From: an uncultured Methanoregulaceae archaeon
Lineage (GTDB): Archaea; Halobacteriota; Methanomicrobia; Methanomicrobiales; Methanospirillaceae
Length of the DNA stretch: 64,000 nt
Direction of reading: 5' to 3'
Assembly: GCA_963701095.1 (NCBI GenBank)
Contig: OY969564.1
Coordinates: forward strand, 1,728,001 to 1,792,000
Shown: one piece after another, positions 1 to 10,909 of the stretch
How positions within the stretch are numbered: position 1 is the first letter of the stretch
How the letters are laid out: each line of letters opens with the position of its first letter
Translations under genes and position numbers: made by a program
The notes under the pieces: model-generated
The model's input: only the letters and a program-made list of their open reading frames with translations
Database searches by the model: none
Told to the model about the DNA's origin: nothing

Positions 1-55
1 GGCTGTTCTCCTCAAGAATCCGGAGGAGTTCGAGATCCTTGTCATCCATCTTTCA

Positions 56-1349
56 TCACCTGAACCACGTTTTTAACCATTTGGCTTCCATCTGATTTAT
101 ATCGAGATCTTTTAGTCCGTTAAGCCGGGGGTCTTTGAGAACGACTTCACGGATCTTTCCGGTGTTTGTATCAAACCACATTTCCTTAGTTCTTCCATAC
201 CTCCCTCGGCTCACAACACGGGTATTAATAACACCAAGCATGTTGAGTTCTGAGATCAAATCTGTTATTCGGCGGTGAGTCAGAATATCCAGCTGAATAT
301 CAGGAGCAATATCCTGATAGACGCGGGAGACTTCTCCGCTTGTAAAAATATTCTGGCCAAGCTGTTCCAGCGTCAGCATTGAGTAAAGAATGAGCTTACT
401 TTGTGTGGGGAGTGTCGCAATGCACTCAATCATGCTGTCAGTTTCAATTTTTGCCTGAGCCTGTTTCACATGGACTTCAGACTACCTGTTTGGACTCGTC
501 ACGGTCTGCGAGTTCGCCGGAGATCCTGAGAAGATCCAGAGCGCGACGTGCATCGCCGTGCTCCTGAGCGGCAAGGGCTGCGCAGAGAGGGATAACTCCT
601 TCTGCAATCGCGCCATCGAGAAATGCCCCTGCGGCACGTTGAGTGAGAATGTCTACCAGTTGTGGTGCGTTATATGGTGGAAAGACAATTTCTTCTTCTG
701 ACAGCGAAGAAAGGACACGCGGATCCAGGAAATCCTTAAAACTGAGATCATTGGAAATACCGATAATACTGACTTTGGAGTTTTTGAGATCAGAATTTAT
801 CCTGGTCAGATTATAAAGCGTGTCATCGCCACTCTTTTTTACCAGTTTATCAATTTCGTCAAGGACAATTACAAGCACACCGCCGCCTGCTTCCAGCTGG
901 TTTTTGAGTTCAGAATAAACCTGATCTGTCGGCCACCCGGTCATGGGAATATGAATGCGGGTTTTGTCACTTGATGCTTCTTCAAATCCGTCAATACATT
1001 TGGCAATCTGCGCTAAGACCCGGTATTGTGTGTCTATTACTTCGCAATTGAGATGAACAATACGACAAGTAGTCCCCATCGAACTACTGGCTCTTTCCAG
1101 CTCCGAACCTACATACCGGACACTAGCAGTTTTACCTGTTCCTGTTTTCCCGTAGATAAGAATGTTTGAAGGAGTTTCATTCCTGAGGGATGGGGCCAGA
1201 ATGGATGCTATTGTATCGATCTGGGGCTGACGGTGTGGGAGGATTTGTGGACGATACGAGTGCCGGAGGACTTCACGGTCACGGAATATCCGGTTATTAG
1301 ATAGATATTTTATAAATAAGCCGGTTGAGGGATCTACAGGTTCTGGCAT
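56..1349 (-). CDS. cdc6: Orc1/Cdc6 replication initiator, split by a 1-nt insertion near 482 (probably a sequence error)
   Basis: ORF 477-1349 has Walker A GKTGTGKT, Walker B VLDEID and GDARRALDLL. ORF 56-469 is the C-terminal wHTH (SRGRYGRT). Removing one G at CAG GTA [G]TCT GAA joins them as ...KQVSEVHVKQAQAKIE. Confidence 0.93.
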
Positions 1350-1410
1350 GATGACTCGCGGACGTGATCCTTAGTGTGCAGAATTAAAAAAGTACTTGGT
1401 TTATTTCCTT

Positions 1411-1800
1411 TATAAACCCCCTTGCTTCCCGTGGAAAAACCAATTAATCGGGCGGAAATTAGGATCCGGGGCCATATATAAAAATTAAGATTTTATTATT
1501 TTTCTTTTTTATTCACGTTTATCTAATGTTAATACTTATACATTGTGTTCTTTTGTTGTGGAGAGGGACCCCTTTGTTTCGTGTGGAAACTCAAAAGAAG
1601 TATCTCTTCAATTTGAAGTTATTCAAAAGAAATAGCCAATTATACTATAATTTTAATCCTATTTATGATAATCGAAATGCTTCTCCGGAAGGTGCAGAAA
1701 CAGGTGAAAAGCTATTACCGTAAAAATTTCTGGTACTCTGGATTTGCATCTGGTATTACTCGACATGAAATCTCCAATAGAAACAAAGGGGTCCCTCTTG
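1411..1800. promoter_or_regulatory. Probable replication origin (oriC) with three ORB-like boxes around an AT-rich segment
   Basis: Directly upstream of cdc6. ORB-like boxes at 1415-1440 (-), 1563-1590 (-; GTTTCCACACGAAACAAAGGGGTCCCTC) and 1771-1798 (+; TCTCCAATAGAAACAAAGGGGTCCCTCT). 1562-1580 and 1780-1798 form a perfect 19-bp inverted repeat. Confidence 0.85.
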
Positions 1801-1883
1801 TTTTAAAAAGAAAGGGAAGAAAAACGAGAAGAATGTGAATCGTATATGTTAATTAACGAGCAATCATCAATATCTTTAATAAT

Positions 1884-2372
1884 ATGAATAGGGAACACGT
1901 CAAACCCATTGCGATAGTTGGTGGAATAATCACTGTGTCTACTACCAGAAACAAAGAATCAGATACGAGTGGTAAAACCATCCAGGCGCTCTTTGCCGGA
2001 GCGAAAATCCCAATTAAACATTACGTGGTGATTCCCGATACTATTGAAGATATTCGGTTTGAATTGTCCAAAGCCCTCAAAATCTGTAACTGTATCATTC
2101 TTGATGGGGGAACCGGATTGACACCAGACGATGTAACTATTGAAGCTGTTTCACCACTTCTTGAAAAAAAGATCGACGGTTTTGGCGAACTATTCCGGAT
2201 GAAAAGCTATGACGAGATCGGTACATCTGCGATGTTATCCCGGGCGGTCGCTGGAACGATCCAAGGTAAAGCAGTATTCTGCATACCGGGATCTACTGCG
2301 GCGGTAATCCTTGCAACAAAGACTCTCATTATCCCTGAGATCTCGCATATCCTCTCTCACGCAAACAAATGA
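1884..2372 (+). CDS. moaB: MoaB/MogA-family molybdopterin adenylyltransferase-like protein
   Basis: DTSG, GGTGLTPDDVTIEA, GFGELFR, AMLSRA and PGS motifs. Confidence 0.85.
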   Translation: MNREHVKPIAIVGGIITVSTTRNKESDTSGKTIQALFAGAKIPIKHYVVIPDTIEDIRFELSKALKICNCIILDGGTGLTPDDVTIEAVSPLLEKKIDGFGELFRMKSYDEIGTSAMLSRAVAGTIQGKAVFCIPGSTAAVILATKTLIIPEISHILSHANK

Positions 2373-2420
2373 TTTCCTGTTTTTATATGTGTCATCAGAG
2401 AGAAACTGATACCGACGTAT

Positions 2421-2942
2421 CTATTTGCAGACATTTAGGAGTGCAACCCGTTCAAGCACAAGATCCCTGATCCGGTCTCTTCCTGCAGCTGCAAGCTCTT
2501 CGGGAGAAATGCCAAAAAGGTCTGCAAGCTTTGCAGATTTTTCTGAAGAGATGTCATCGCCGGGATCACCGTAAAATTCAAGAATGTCAGAGAGCTGGTC
2601 CCATATCCCCATCGGCGTCGGGCAGCAGCAGATATACAGGTTATTCTTCCCCTCATGGAGTCCAAAAGAGACAGCAACGCTACATTGCCGGGTTCCAGCT
2701 GCATAGAGAAGTGCCTCCATCTCAAACGAATTGGAGATTGCACAATCCGAGGAAAAGGATCGTTGCGCGTACCGGAGTGCCATATGTGCATGTTCCCGGC
2801 CAGCCAGTTTATCAGCGTCAAAACAGACGATACTGGTGCCAGATTGTCCTGCAATTGTACGTATTTTGTTAAGAAGGGAAGGAATATCGTGGACGGTTAC
2901 TTCGGCGTAACGGATTTGACACGATACATCTGACTCAATCAT
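2421..2942 (-). CDS. cgi121: KEOPS complex subunit Cgi121
   Basis: MEALLYAAGTRQC motif and C-terminal LVLERVALL. Confidence 0.85.
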   Translation of the reverse strand: MIESDVSCQIRYAEVTVHDIPSLLNKIRTIAGQSGTSIVCFDADKLAGREHAHMALRYAQRSFSSDCAISNSFEMEALLYAAGTRQCSVAVSFGLHEGKNNLYICCCPTPMGIWDQLSDILEFYGDPGDDISSEKSAKLADLFGISPEELAAAGRDRIRDLVLERVALLNVCK

Positions 2943-2945
2943 GGC

Positions 2946-5120
2946 TCACCCGAACCGTAACAGGGTAGACTGGTCGGACTTGCCGTTATTATCACCGTTT
3001 TCTGCCTCTTTTGCTTTCTCTCTCCTTTTTGGCATGAGCTGAGAAAGAATCTGTTCTGTGATAGCTGCGCCAAGGATTTTTACTAGATCTTCTTTTTTAT
3101 GATGGATAATTTCATCGGGAGATGTGATGCCATTGTTGAATAGACGGCGAGCTCGTACCCGGCCGATGCCACGTATCCGTATTAAGGGGAGCAGCTCACG
3201 ACGGATACCGTTTTTCATGCAGATCTCATAATCGTCTATCTGGGGATAAAATGCAGGCGCAACCATCCTGGCCAGACGGGATGTGGCGTGGAGCAACCAG
3301 TTGATATTCTCTACCATTCCATACACATCGCCGGGACCAACTGCATACCGTTCACAAATTTTCTCCTCCGCAAGTTCGTCGGTCCAGTCAGACAGAAGCA
3401 TGGCAGTCTTTACTGCCCGGTAAAAATTCTCTGCCTCCTCTTCATCTTGAGGGAAGGGGAGCCAGAGATCGCATCCTTTTTGTTCTATCATGCGTGAAAG
3501 TGCGGGCAGGTCCGAATTTTTTGCATAAAGTGTTGGCATGTCTGGTGTAGCACATATGAGCTGGAGAAGGCCGATGTCGGTATAGGTATCTCTTTCCCGC
3601 AACGTAGTCACGATCATTGAGGCACTTCGCGGGTCAATATACATCCGGGAAACAAGCATACCAAGCTCAGTCGCTCCGAGGTGCTCTCCTATTTCCAGGA
3701 TCATTTCTGCAGAGATTAGAAATTCAAGGGCAGCATCAACCGCTCGGTGCATGAGTCTGCCCTGCCTGTGTTCATGGACGTAATATGAACGGTTCATGAA
3801 AGCGGACAATTCACTGCGGTTTGTTGCAAAACCCGAAGCCACAAGAGAAAGGACATGGGTATAGAGAGCGGTTGGCTCCGCCAGACGTGAAGTGACATCC
3901 TCTGCTGCCGCATCAATATAACATGCGAACAATTCCGGGACCTGTTCGGCATCTTTTGCGATCAGCACTGCTTCACCATATGGATCGAGGTGGGGTCTTC
4001 CAGCCCGTCCAGCCATCTGCCGGTACTCGCTGACCGGGATTGGCTGCATCCCCTCACCAGCAGAGAACCGGAGGTAATCCCTGATAATAACCCGGCGTGC
4101 AGGAAGGTTCAGGCCTGCTGCTAATGTCGGTGTCGAAGAAATGCATTTGATCAACCCCTTGCGGAAGGCATCTTCCACAACCAGGCGCTCGTTCCGGCCC
4201 AGTCCGGCGTGATGAAACGCGGCGCCCTTTGCCACACACAGAGCAAGCGTTTTTACCATCTCGGTAGGTGTACCGGAAAGAAGATGTTCGGCGCATTCTG
4301 CAAGAGTAGGGTCCTCACTTTTAATTGCAGATGCCGCTCTCTTTGCAAATGCCTCGGCATTTCGGCGCGATGATACAAAGACTAAACACTGCCCCCCCTC
4401 TGCAATGGTATCAAGGCAGAGGTTAAGGTCATCGTAATTTTTTGATACCTGCTTGATATCCCGCGCTTTCCCCTCACCAAACCGGATCCGGTTGTTATAG
4501 AAGACACCCTGGCGAAGATCGACCGGCCGCCACGAGCTCGTGACCATTTCAGCATCCAGCCACCCTGCAAGCATATTAGGGTTACCAATGGTCGCCGAAA
4601 GCCCGATGATCTGTATGGCCGGGTTCCGGTACCGCATTTTAGCGATCACCATCTCAAGCGTGGGACCCCTATCCGGCGAATCAATCAGGTGAACTTCGTC
4701 TACAACAAGAAGGGTGATTTCCTGTAGCCATCGGGCCGCATTCCTGAGCAGGGAATCAACTTTCTCACTAGTAGCGACGATAATGTCGTTCTTTCCCAGA
4801 TTTTCATCCTGCCGGTCGAGATCGCCGGTTGAGATACCGACCCGGACACCCTTCCCGGAAAATTCTTCGAATTTTTCTGAGGCCAGCGCCTTAAGCGGGA
4901 CAATATACAGGCATTTTCCCCCGGCGGCGATAGTGCGGTGCATAGCCATCTCCGCGATAAGTGTTTTACCGCTCGCTGTAGGAATTGCCACAAGGAGATT
5001 TTTGCCATCCAGCAACCCCTTCTCTACACATGCGGTCTGTGGGGGATAAAGATCTCTTATTCCCGATTTGGAGTACTGCTGCCTGAGGTTTTCGGGTATG
5101 GCGAGATCCTGTACCTGCAT
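2946..5120 (-). CDS. hel308: Ski2-like ATP-dependent DNA helicase Hel308
   Basis: [23 protein letters not shown] and C-terminal Hh[14 protein letters not shown] at 5120 preferred. Confidence 0.93.
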   Translation of the reverse strand: MQVQDLAIPENLRQQYSKSGIRDLYPPQTACVEKGLLDGKNLLVAIPTASGKTLIAEMAMHRTIAAGGKCLYIVPLKALASEKFEEFSGKGVRVGISTGDLDRQDENLGKNDIIVATSEKVDSLLRNAARWLQEITLLVVDEVHLIDSPDRGPTLEMVIAKMRYRNPAIQIIGLSATIGNPNMLAGWLDAEMVTSSWRPVDLRQGVFYNNRIRFGEGKARDIKQVSKNYDDLNLCLDTIAEGGQCLVFVSSRRNAEAFAKRAASAIKSEDPTLAECAEHLLSGTPTEMVKTLALCVAKGAAFHHAGLGRNERLVVEDAFRKGLIKCISSTPTLAAGLNLPARRVIIRDYLRFSAGEGMQPIPVSEYRQMAGRAGRPHLDPYGEAVLIAKDAEQVPELFACYIDAAAEDVTSRLAEPTALYTHVLSLVASGFATNRSELSAFMNRSYYVHEHRQGRLMHRAVDAALEFLISAEMILEIGEHLGATELGMLVSRMYIDPRSASMIVTTLRERDTYTDIGLLQLICATPDMPTLYAKNSDLPALSRMIEQKGCDLWLPFPQDEEEAENFYRAVKTAMLLSDWTDELAEEKICERYAVGPGDVYGMVENINWLLHATSRLARMVAPAFYPQIDDYEICMKNGIRRELLPLIRIRGIGRVRARRLFNNGITSPDEIIHHKKEDLVKILGAAITEQILSQLMPKRREKAKEAENGDNNGKSDQSTLLRFG

Positions 5121-5300
5121 GACACTTCCCACGTTATCGTGAATTGTTACAACATATTTCCAAAAAGATCCATCACAAAACTTCCAGCGAACATGCCTGT
5201 ATTTCGTTTTTCCAGGTATGGCAAAAAACAGGCATAAAAGTTTGGTTCAACAAGGTGTTTAGGAACTATCCGTAATTGTAACTTAGGATATCCTGACAAT

Positions 5301-5846
5301 TTAATAGTAGTAACTGATCATATCCTGTTTGGCCTCTTTCTTCTTCTTGTCGAGGAATGCAAAGACGTTTTCGTGAGGAACTCCCTCGATAAGCATATCA
5401 ATAGCTGCTCTTGCGATCTTCATCTGTTCGGGATAGCCAATCAATGCTACAGTATGGCCGAAAACTGAGATATCGACGTCAGTCATATTCTCTATCTGCT
5501 CGCGGGCACGGCCATCTTTGCCGATTATTCGTCCCCTCAGCCGGTCAAGCTGCCGGGGATTATCTGCTACACGGGATAGATCGATAATGTCGAGAAGAAG
5601 GTCCTCGTCTTCGATCATCTCAAACGCACGCTCAGGTGAGAACCCGGCATTTATAGCGTTGATTATCTCTACAGCCCGAAGGAGGGGGATTGCATTTTCT
5701 TCAGATCCTTCAACCTTCACCAATCCTTCCTTGCTATCGATAGAGATGGTAGTGTGCGTCTTCGATTCGAGCTCTTTTTTAATCGCTCCGCCTTTTCCGA
5801 TTAGTACGCCCACTCTGGTCGTTGCAACCTTTAGTTCCTGTATCAT
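5301..5846 (-). CDS. KH-domain pre-rRNA processing protein (Dim2/Pno1 family)
   Basis: Two KH GxxG motifs (LIGKGG, IIGKDG); conserved position downstream of rio1. Confidence 0.9.
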   Translation of the reverse strand: MIQELKVATTRVGVLIGKGGAIKKELESKTHTTISIDSKEGLVKVEGSEENAIPLLRAVEIINAINAGFSPERAFEMIEDEDLLLDIIDLSRVADNPRQLDRLRGRIIGKDGRAREQIENMTDVDISVFGHTVALIGYPEQMKIARAAIDMLIEGVPHENVFAFLDKKKKEAKQDMISYYY

Positions 5847-5920
5847 CGTTCATTCACCTGTCTGGGAATTTACATCGGTATAGTGTCGTTTTGGGGTATT
5901 ACCGCTGCATTCCATGTTTA

Positions 5921-6700
5921 TCATGGCTTGGTAACTTCAAGGCCGGTTATTGAGTTGAAAACATCATACTCTGAAGTTATAGCGCAGCCTCTCTTTTTAA
6001 AGAATCTGTTCACATTACGAATATCCCGCATGAGGAACTGGAGGGCACGAGGGTGATCGCGGGTTACAGACTGCCCCATATCGATGAGATATGGTTGGTC
6101 ATGGTATAATATATTAAACTCACTTAAGTCACCATGTACCAATTCTGCTTTTGCATATAATGTTTTGATCATATCGATAATACACTCGTATACCCGTTGG
6201 GGGTCCTCTATATCTACTGATCGTATCTGGGGATATGGAGTCTCGCCTTCGCCAAGAAAGGACATTATGAGAATGTTCCGGTCCCATACAAACGGTTCAG
6301 GAACGGGAATTCCTGCCTCCCGTGCCCTTACGAGATTGGAAAACTCCTTTTTTGTCCAGGCAAAGATAAGTTCTTTTTTGGATTTCTTAACGTGGGAAAA
6401 CCTGCGGTCACCCGTGATATAGGAGCTCATGGTAGTAAAATTCGCTGACTGGACCCGGTAAATCTTGATGGCCACATTTACCTCCCCCCGTTCGCCGAGG
6501 AAAACGTTCGCCTCTTTACCGGTACTAATCGATCCGCCTATCGCAGTGAGCCATTTTTTGTGCACGAGCTTGTATAATGCAAGAAGAGTAACCTCGTCAA
6601 ATACATTCTCGCTGACTTTAAAGTTGTCCGCATCTTTAATGCGAATACCCATTTCAGCAAGTCGCTGATCGAATGCCTCTTCTCTCTCTTCAATCTTCAA
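5921..6700 (-). CDS. rio1: RIO1-family serine protein kinase
   Basis: ISTGKEANVF, LVHGDLSEFNIL and IDMGQSV motifs. Confidence 0.92.
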   Translation of the reverse strand: MKIEEREEAFDQRLAEMGIRIKDADNFKVSENVFDEVTLLALYKLVHKKWLTAIGGSISTGKEANVFLGERGEVNVAIKIYRVQSANFTTMSSYITGDRRFSHVKKSKKELIFAWTKKEFSNLVRAREAGIPVPEPFVWDRNILIMSFLGEGETPYPQIRSVDIEDPQRVYECIIDMIKTLYAKAELVHGDLSEFNILYHDQPYLIDMGQSVTRDHPRALQFLMRDIRNVNRFFKKRGCAITSEYDVFNSITGLEVTKP

Positions 6701-6741
6701 GGGCAGTCCCCGAACCGGTCCAATCTGATATTCTTTTTATG

Positions 6742-7683
6742 TCACCGTATATAGTCGCGCACCGTGGCAAGGATCTCCACAAGGCCATCACCACAGGCTT
6801 TTTTGAGATCAAGCGGATGAACCTCTCCTTTGGCGTAGGCAGTTTCAAGATCTGTGTAATCGGTGAATATCCGGTTTCCGCCGAATTTTTCCGGCCTTTT
6901 CAGGACGATTTCCGGTAGTCGGGGGAAAATATGGTACTGGAAGATTTGGAGGACCGGGTTTTCGGCCGTCTCCGGCGGGCAGAATGCCCTCTGGCATTTT
7001 TTCCTGATCTCTTCTTCGCTATCAGCGACTGAAATATAGTTTCCCTGTGATGATGACATCTTCTTACCATCAAGACCGTTGAGAATTGGTGTATGGATAC
7101 AGACCGGAGAAGGAAAGCCGAAATTTGGCAGGTGTTCCCGGGCGAGCATATGGATCTTCCTCTGGTCTATCCCGCCGACGGCGGCGTCAACCCCCAGCAT
7201 AGCGATATCGGCCATCTGCATGATCGGATATATCATCTGTGAAACAGTCGGATGATCCATCTGCCTGCCAACTTCGTCCATGCTCCGTGTTGCCCGGGCA
7301 AGAGTGATCTGCTGGGACAGCTGGTGCACAAGCAGCTCATATTCACGGTTGAGCTGGAGATCGGAGCCAAGCACGTATTTCACATTCTTGAGACCAAGCC
7401 CCTCAAAACACCGGCGATTGTATTCGGCGAGCTTCCCCACTTTTTCCATGGTTCCTTTCCGGTTAAGGAACGCATGCAAATCGGCAAGAAGAACGGTAAC
7501 TTCAAAACCAGCTGCTTGGAGATCGACGAGTTTGTTCACCGTAACGAGGTGACCGAGGTGTATTTCACCGCTCGGTTCGTACCCGGCATAAACCTTCTTT
7601 GTTGTTCGGGATAGAAGAGTGCGGATTTCGTCTTCGGTTACAATTTCAACGGTGTTCCGGGTAACCCGTTCGAATGTTTCCAT
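6742..7683 (-). CDS. tyrS: Tyrosine-tRNA ligase
   Basis: YAGYEPSGEIHLGH (HIGH), YPIMQ, GGIDQ and KMSSS; ATG at 7683 avoids overlap with gap. Confidence 0.95.
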   Translation of the reverse strand: METFERVTRNTVEIVTEDEIRTLLSRTTKKVYAGYEPSGEIHLGHLVTVNKLVDLQAAGFEVTVLLADLHAFLNRKGTMEKVGKLAEYNRRCFEGLGLKNVKYVLGSDLQLNREYELLVHQLSQQITLARATRSMDEVGRQMDHPTVSQMIYPIMQMADIAMLGVDAAVGGIDQRKIHMLAREHLPNFGFPSPVCIHTPILNGLDGKKMSSSQGNYISVADSEEEIRKKCQRAFCPPETAENPVLQIFQYHIFPRLPEIVLKRPEKFGGNRIFTDYTDLETAYAKGEVHPLDLKKACGDGLVEILATVRDYIR

Positions 7684-7708
7684 CAAAAATAATGGGCGAT
7701 TGGTGGAG

Positions 7709-8740
7709 TTAATGGTTATTCTGGATGGGGGTAAAGCCGAGTGCATCGTTGGTGAGTTTTATGGAAGCTGCCGCATCCTTAGAAAGTCCGGTCATAGCCC
7801 GTATCGCATCAACATTCTCCACGACAACATCTGCCTCCTGGTGTATGGCCTGGAAGAAGCAGAGTTCGTTTTTAGTTGCGTATACTGACTCCTCGAAAAT
7901 GCAATTTTCATAGAGGTCCGCCCTCTGACGACCGAGATCTGAGGCAAATTCTTTGAGTTCTGCTGTGCTTTTGATAGCAGCGGTCTTCTTTACAAGACCC
8001 ATGCGAGGATGGGTTTTGATGAGCTCAATAACTCTCTCCCGGTTCACTTCTTTTTTTGTAGTGATCCGGATTGCGTGCATATGCATCATTGTCGTCGGGA
8101 CAATCATGGCCATAGTCGTAATGGAAATATGGGGAAGAACGGTCTGGACATCAGGACCGTGGTGGCTGGGGACAGTCACCGGGTCGAGAACAACAGCGTC
8201 GATCGGTCCCTTCTTGATCTCTCCGGGATCGGATCCCCTGCGGACCATAATCGCGTGAACGTGAGCTACGCCGAATTCTTTGTCAACTTCATGGATAATC
8301 CTACAGAGCCCGGTAGTGTTACAGGAAACGACTCGAACGAATTGCCGGCCTATAGCATCGGAAAAATTACAGGACGAGTTAAACGAAAACCCAGCCACTT
8401 CATGTTCTTCGCCGCCCTGCCAGATTGCTTTCTTTCCCAGTTTTTCGTAGAGCGGTTTGTTGGTTGCTCCCACATCTCCAGGTGTTGCATCCACGATCAC
8501 ATCGGCCGCTTTACACATATCTTCTACCGAGCCTGCGACCACAAGCCCTGCTTTTTCAAAAGCCGGTTTTTTTGAAAGATCTGCGATAAAAAGCGGGTAT
8601 CCCCGCTGTTTTGCTATGAATGCCTCGGCGTTAGGGCGGGTTTTTGAGACACCGATTACCTTCATGTCCTTCTGGGCAGCAACTGCATCGGCAACCCGCT
8701 TTCCGATAGTACCGTACCCGTTGATGGCAACCTTGATCAT
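7709..8740 (-). CDS. gap: Archaeal type II glyceraldehyde-3-phosphate dehydrogenase
   Basis: NGYGTIGKRVADA, VVSCNTTGL and SHHGPDV motifs. Confidence 0.95.
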   Translation of the reverse strand: MIKVAINGYGTIGKRVADAVAAQKDMKVIGVSKTRPNAEAFIAKQRGYPLFIADLSKKPAFEKAGLVVAGSVEDMCKAADVIVDATPGDVGATNKPLYEKLGKKAIWQGGEEHEVAGFSFNSSCNFSDAIGRQFVRVVSCNTTGLCRIIHEVDKEFGVAHVHAIMVRRGSDPGEIKKGPIDAVVLDPVTVPSHHGPDVQTVLPHISITTMAMIVPTTMMHMHAIRITTKKEVNRERVIELIKTHPRMGLVKKTAAIKSTAELKEFASDLGRQRADLYENCIFEESVYATKNELCFFQAIHQEADVVVENVDAIRAMTGLSKDAAASIKLTNDALGFTPIQNNH

Positions 8741-8845
8741 ACAATCAACCTGTATGAACGAGATAAGATAAAGATTGCCTCTTTTATCCCTTAGGGAAAA
8801 TCAAATCTCACTGCCCGGCCAGATAATCCCTTGGTAACGGTGCCA

Positions 8846-9337
8846 TCATAAGAAAAGTGCCTGGAATTTTACGATCTCGGTGCTGTCTTTCGCAGTTACA
8901 TACAGCTCCAGCGGCTCCTTGTCGACTTCTAAAAATCGTTTGCCCCAGCTGACACATCTGAGAATCTCTGCCGCACGATCAGATTCACCAAGAATGTAAA
9001 GGGAAGCAGCGAGCGCTTCTACAGAGGTTAATTTGCAGGGCCTGCCGAAATTGACCGGGTTAGCCGCCATAAGAAAAGGCAGTGCCCTCCGGATTCTCCA
9101 CGATTTGACCAACCCGGTATCTAGAACTTCCCATGAGCAGTCCAGGGCGGTAATGGATTTAACGGATTTATCAGCCGGTGAGAGTGCCTGCTCTGCAGTG
9201 GGATCCAGGAGGAGGGTGTTCCTTGGGATTTGGGAAATTTTTTTAACGATCCGCAAATGACCGGCCCGCTCAAGTTTTTTTACCGTACACTTACGGGGAT
9301 CGCAGCTGTTATCGCGGTACGCAACAAGCGGGATCAT
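8846..9337 (-). CDS. tsr3: 16S rRNA aminocarboxypropyltransferase Tsr3 (DUF367)
   Basis: CDPRKCT, LDCSW and RALPFLMAANPVNFG motifs. Confidence 0.9.
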   Translation of the reverse strand: MIPLVAYRDNSCDPRKCTVKKLERAGHLRIVKKISQIPRNTLLLDPTAEQALSPADKSVKSITALDCSWEVLDTGLVKSWRIRRALPFLMAANPVNFGRPCKLTSVEALAASLYILGESDRAAEILRCVSWGKRFLEVDKEPLELYVTAKDSTEIVKFQALFL

Positions 9338-9446
9338 TGATTATTCTGTGCGTCCGCAACGGTATCAATGTACTTATTTTCAGGTTAGTATACATTTTCG
9401 GCTTTTCGAGGATAGGTTTGAAACCCGCCATTCTGGCGACGCAAGG

Positions 9447-9767
9447 CTAATCATTCATCGTGATCTTTCTCGCTGAAATAACCTCATAGATCATCAGTTC
9501 TGTCGGCGCTGCGTGCCATTTCGCTGTTTTTGCAAAAAATTCCTGCATATGGGGCTGTGTGAGATGTTCGTCAAGATGACGTTGGGATCCCCATTCCTCA
9601 AGAAAATGAATCACCGTCGGAGAGGTTGCACTCGTAAAAAGTTCGTACCGGTTGCAGCCCGCCTCGCTACGAACTAATGGCATAACCTTTTGCACTTCAG
9701 CAATAAAGTCACGACGCATTTCCGGCACAAGCACAATCCGTGCATCAACCAATATCAAAATCAACAT
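9447..9767 (-). CDS. ABM-family putative quinol monooxygenase
   Basis: VRSEAGC and FLEEW...HLTQPHM pattern; start uncertain. Confidence 0.75.
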   Translation of the reverse strand: MLILILVDARIVLVPEMRRDFIAEVQKVMPLVRSEAGCNRYELFTSATSPTVIHFLEEWGSQRHLDEHLTQPHMQEFFAKTAKWHAAPTELMIYEVISARKITMND

Positions 9768-9938
9768 CCCCAAATAAGAATTAAATTATTGTTAGATGTT
9801 TCGGCATTTTTCTTTTTCGTTGGAAACAGAGTAAAAGGTAGGAGAGCTCCAGCCTTTTATGGTACTGGGGAACAGAGTACATAATATCAGATTATTGAAA
9901 AGGAACGAAAAATGATTCCTGCGGATAGATGATAATCA

Positions 9939-10811
9939 ATGTACATTCTTTGTTCTCCCTGCATTCTATCGCCGTCGCTCCGTGCCAAAGGTATAACACA
10001 TCCTTCGGATATTGCGGCTTTTGCCCGCTCTATAGGGCGTTGTAAGAAATTCGGCATAGATGTCGTGCCACTACCATGCCCGGAAACCCTGTATCTTGGC
10101 AATGACCGACATCCTGGCACATTCCTGGAACGGCTTAATACGCCGGAATTTACCGTGCTCCTCGAAAATCAGGTCCAGCAGGTGAACGCAATTATTGAGG
10201 AAAGGGGCCCTCCCCTTTGTATTCTTGGAGTGAACTCCTCACCGACCTGCGGGGTAACCAGTACGTATTATGGAGCAGAGGGGGATATGCCAGCTAAACG
10301 ATCCGGCCGCGGTGTATTTTATGCAAAATTTCCAGATATCCCGGCACAGGATGTTTTCGATTTCTCAAGATACCGGATCTACCTTGCTGCGCCTTTGTTT
10401 TCGGAAGCTGAGCGAACGTACAATGCAGTAATCTCCGATCTCCTCAGATCTCATTATTATGAAGTATATCTCCCACAGGAAACCGGTGACGATCATGCGG
10501 AAAGAGGTAAAAAAGAACATGCCCAAATTTTCCGCCGCAATAAAAGAGCGATTAAAGATGCGGATTTCGTTGTCGCTATCATTGACGGGGCAGATGCGGA
10601 TTCAGGGACCTCATGGGAGATTGGCTATGCTACAGGGCTTAATAAAAAAGTTATTGCTCTCAGGACAGATTTCCGGGTGGCAGGGAGCCATGAACGGGTG
10701 AATCTTATGCTTGAGCAGTCAACAAGTGTAGTTACTGATAAATTCAAACTTCTCGCTGAACTTGGCGCCTTTCCAACCGATATTCAGACCCCGGGAAAAA
10801 AATCTCCATAA
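9939..10811 (+). CDS. DUF523 (TudS-like Fe-S) domain fused to a nucleoside 2-deoxyribosyltransferase-family domain
   Basis: N-terminal CSPC, LPCPE and SPTCG; C-terminal IYLAAPLFS, YLPQE, DSGTSWEIGYA and NLML. Confidence 0.8.
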   Translation: MYILCSPCILSPSLRAKGITHPSDIAAFARSIGRCKKFGIDVVPLPCPETLYLGNDRHPGTFLERLNTPEFTVLLENQVQQVNAIIEERGPPLCILGVNSSPTCGVTSTYYGAEGDMPAKRSGRGVFYAKFPDIPAQDVFDFSRYRIYLAAPLFSEAERTYNAVISDLLRSHYYEVYLPQETGDDHAERGKKEHAQIFRRNKRAIKDADFVVAIIDGADADSGTSWEIGYATGLNKKVIALRTDFRVAGSHERVNLMLEQSTSVVTDKFKLLAELGAFPTDIQTPGKKSP

Positions 10812-10909
10812 TCTTCGATTATCGCCTCCTTTTTTAAAGAAGACTCACTTTTTCCGAGGAAGTGACAGACAAGATATATCTGAATCCAGACAAATATCTA
10901 CTAAGAATT

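Noticed and set aside
470..490. Programmed frameshift in cdc6
   Set aside because: No slippery heptamer is present, and similar isolated indels occur across the window.
1526..1723. 65-aa ORF upstream of cdc6
   Set aside because: It overlaps an ORB box and the AT-rich origin segment and has no recognisable motif.
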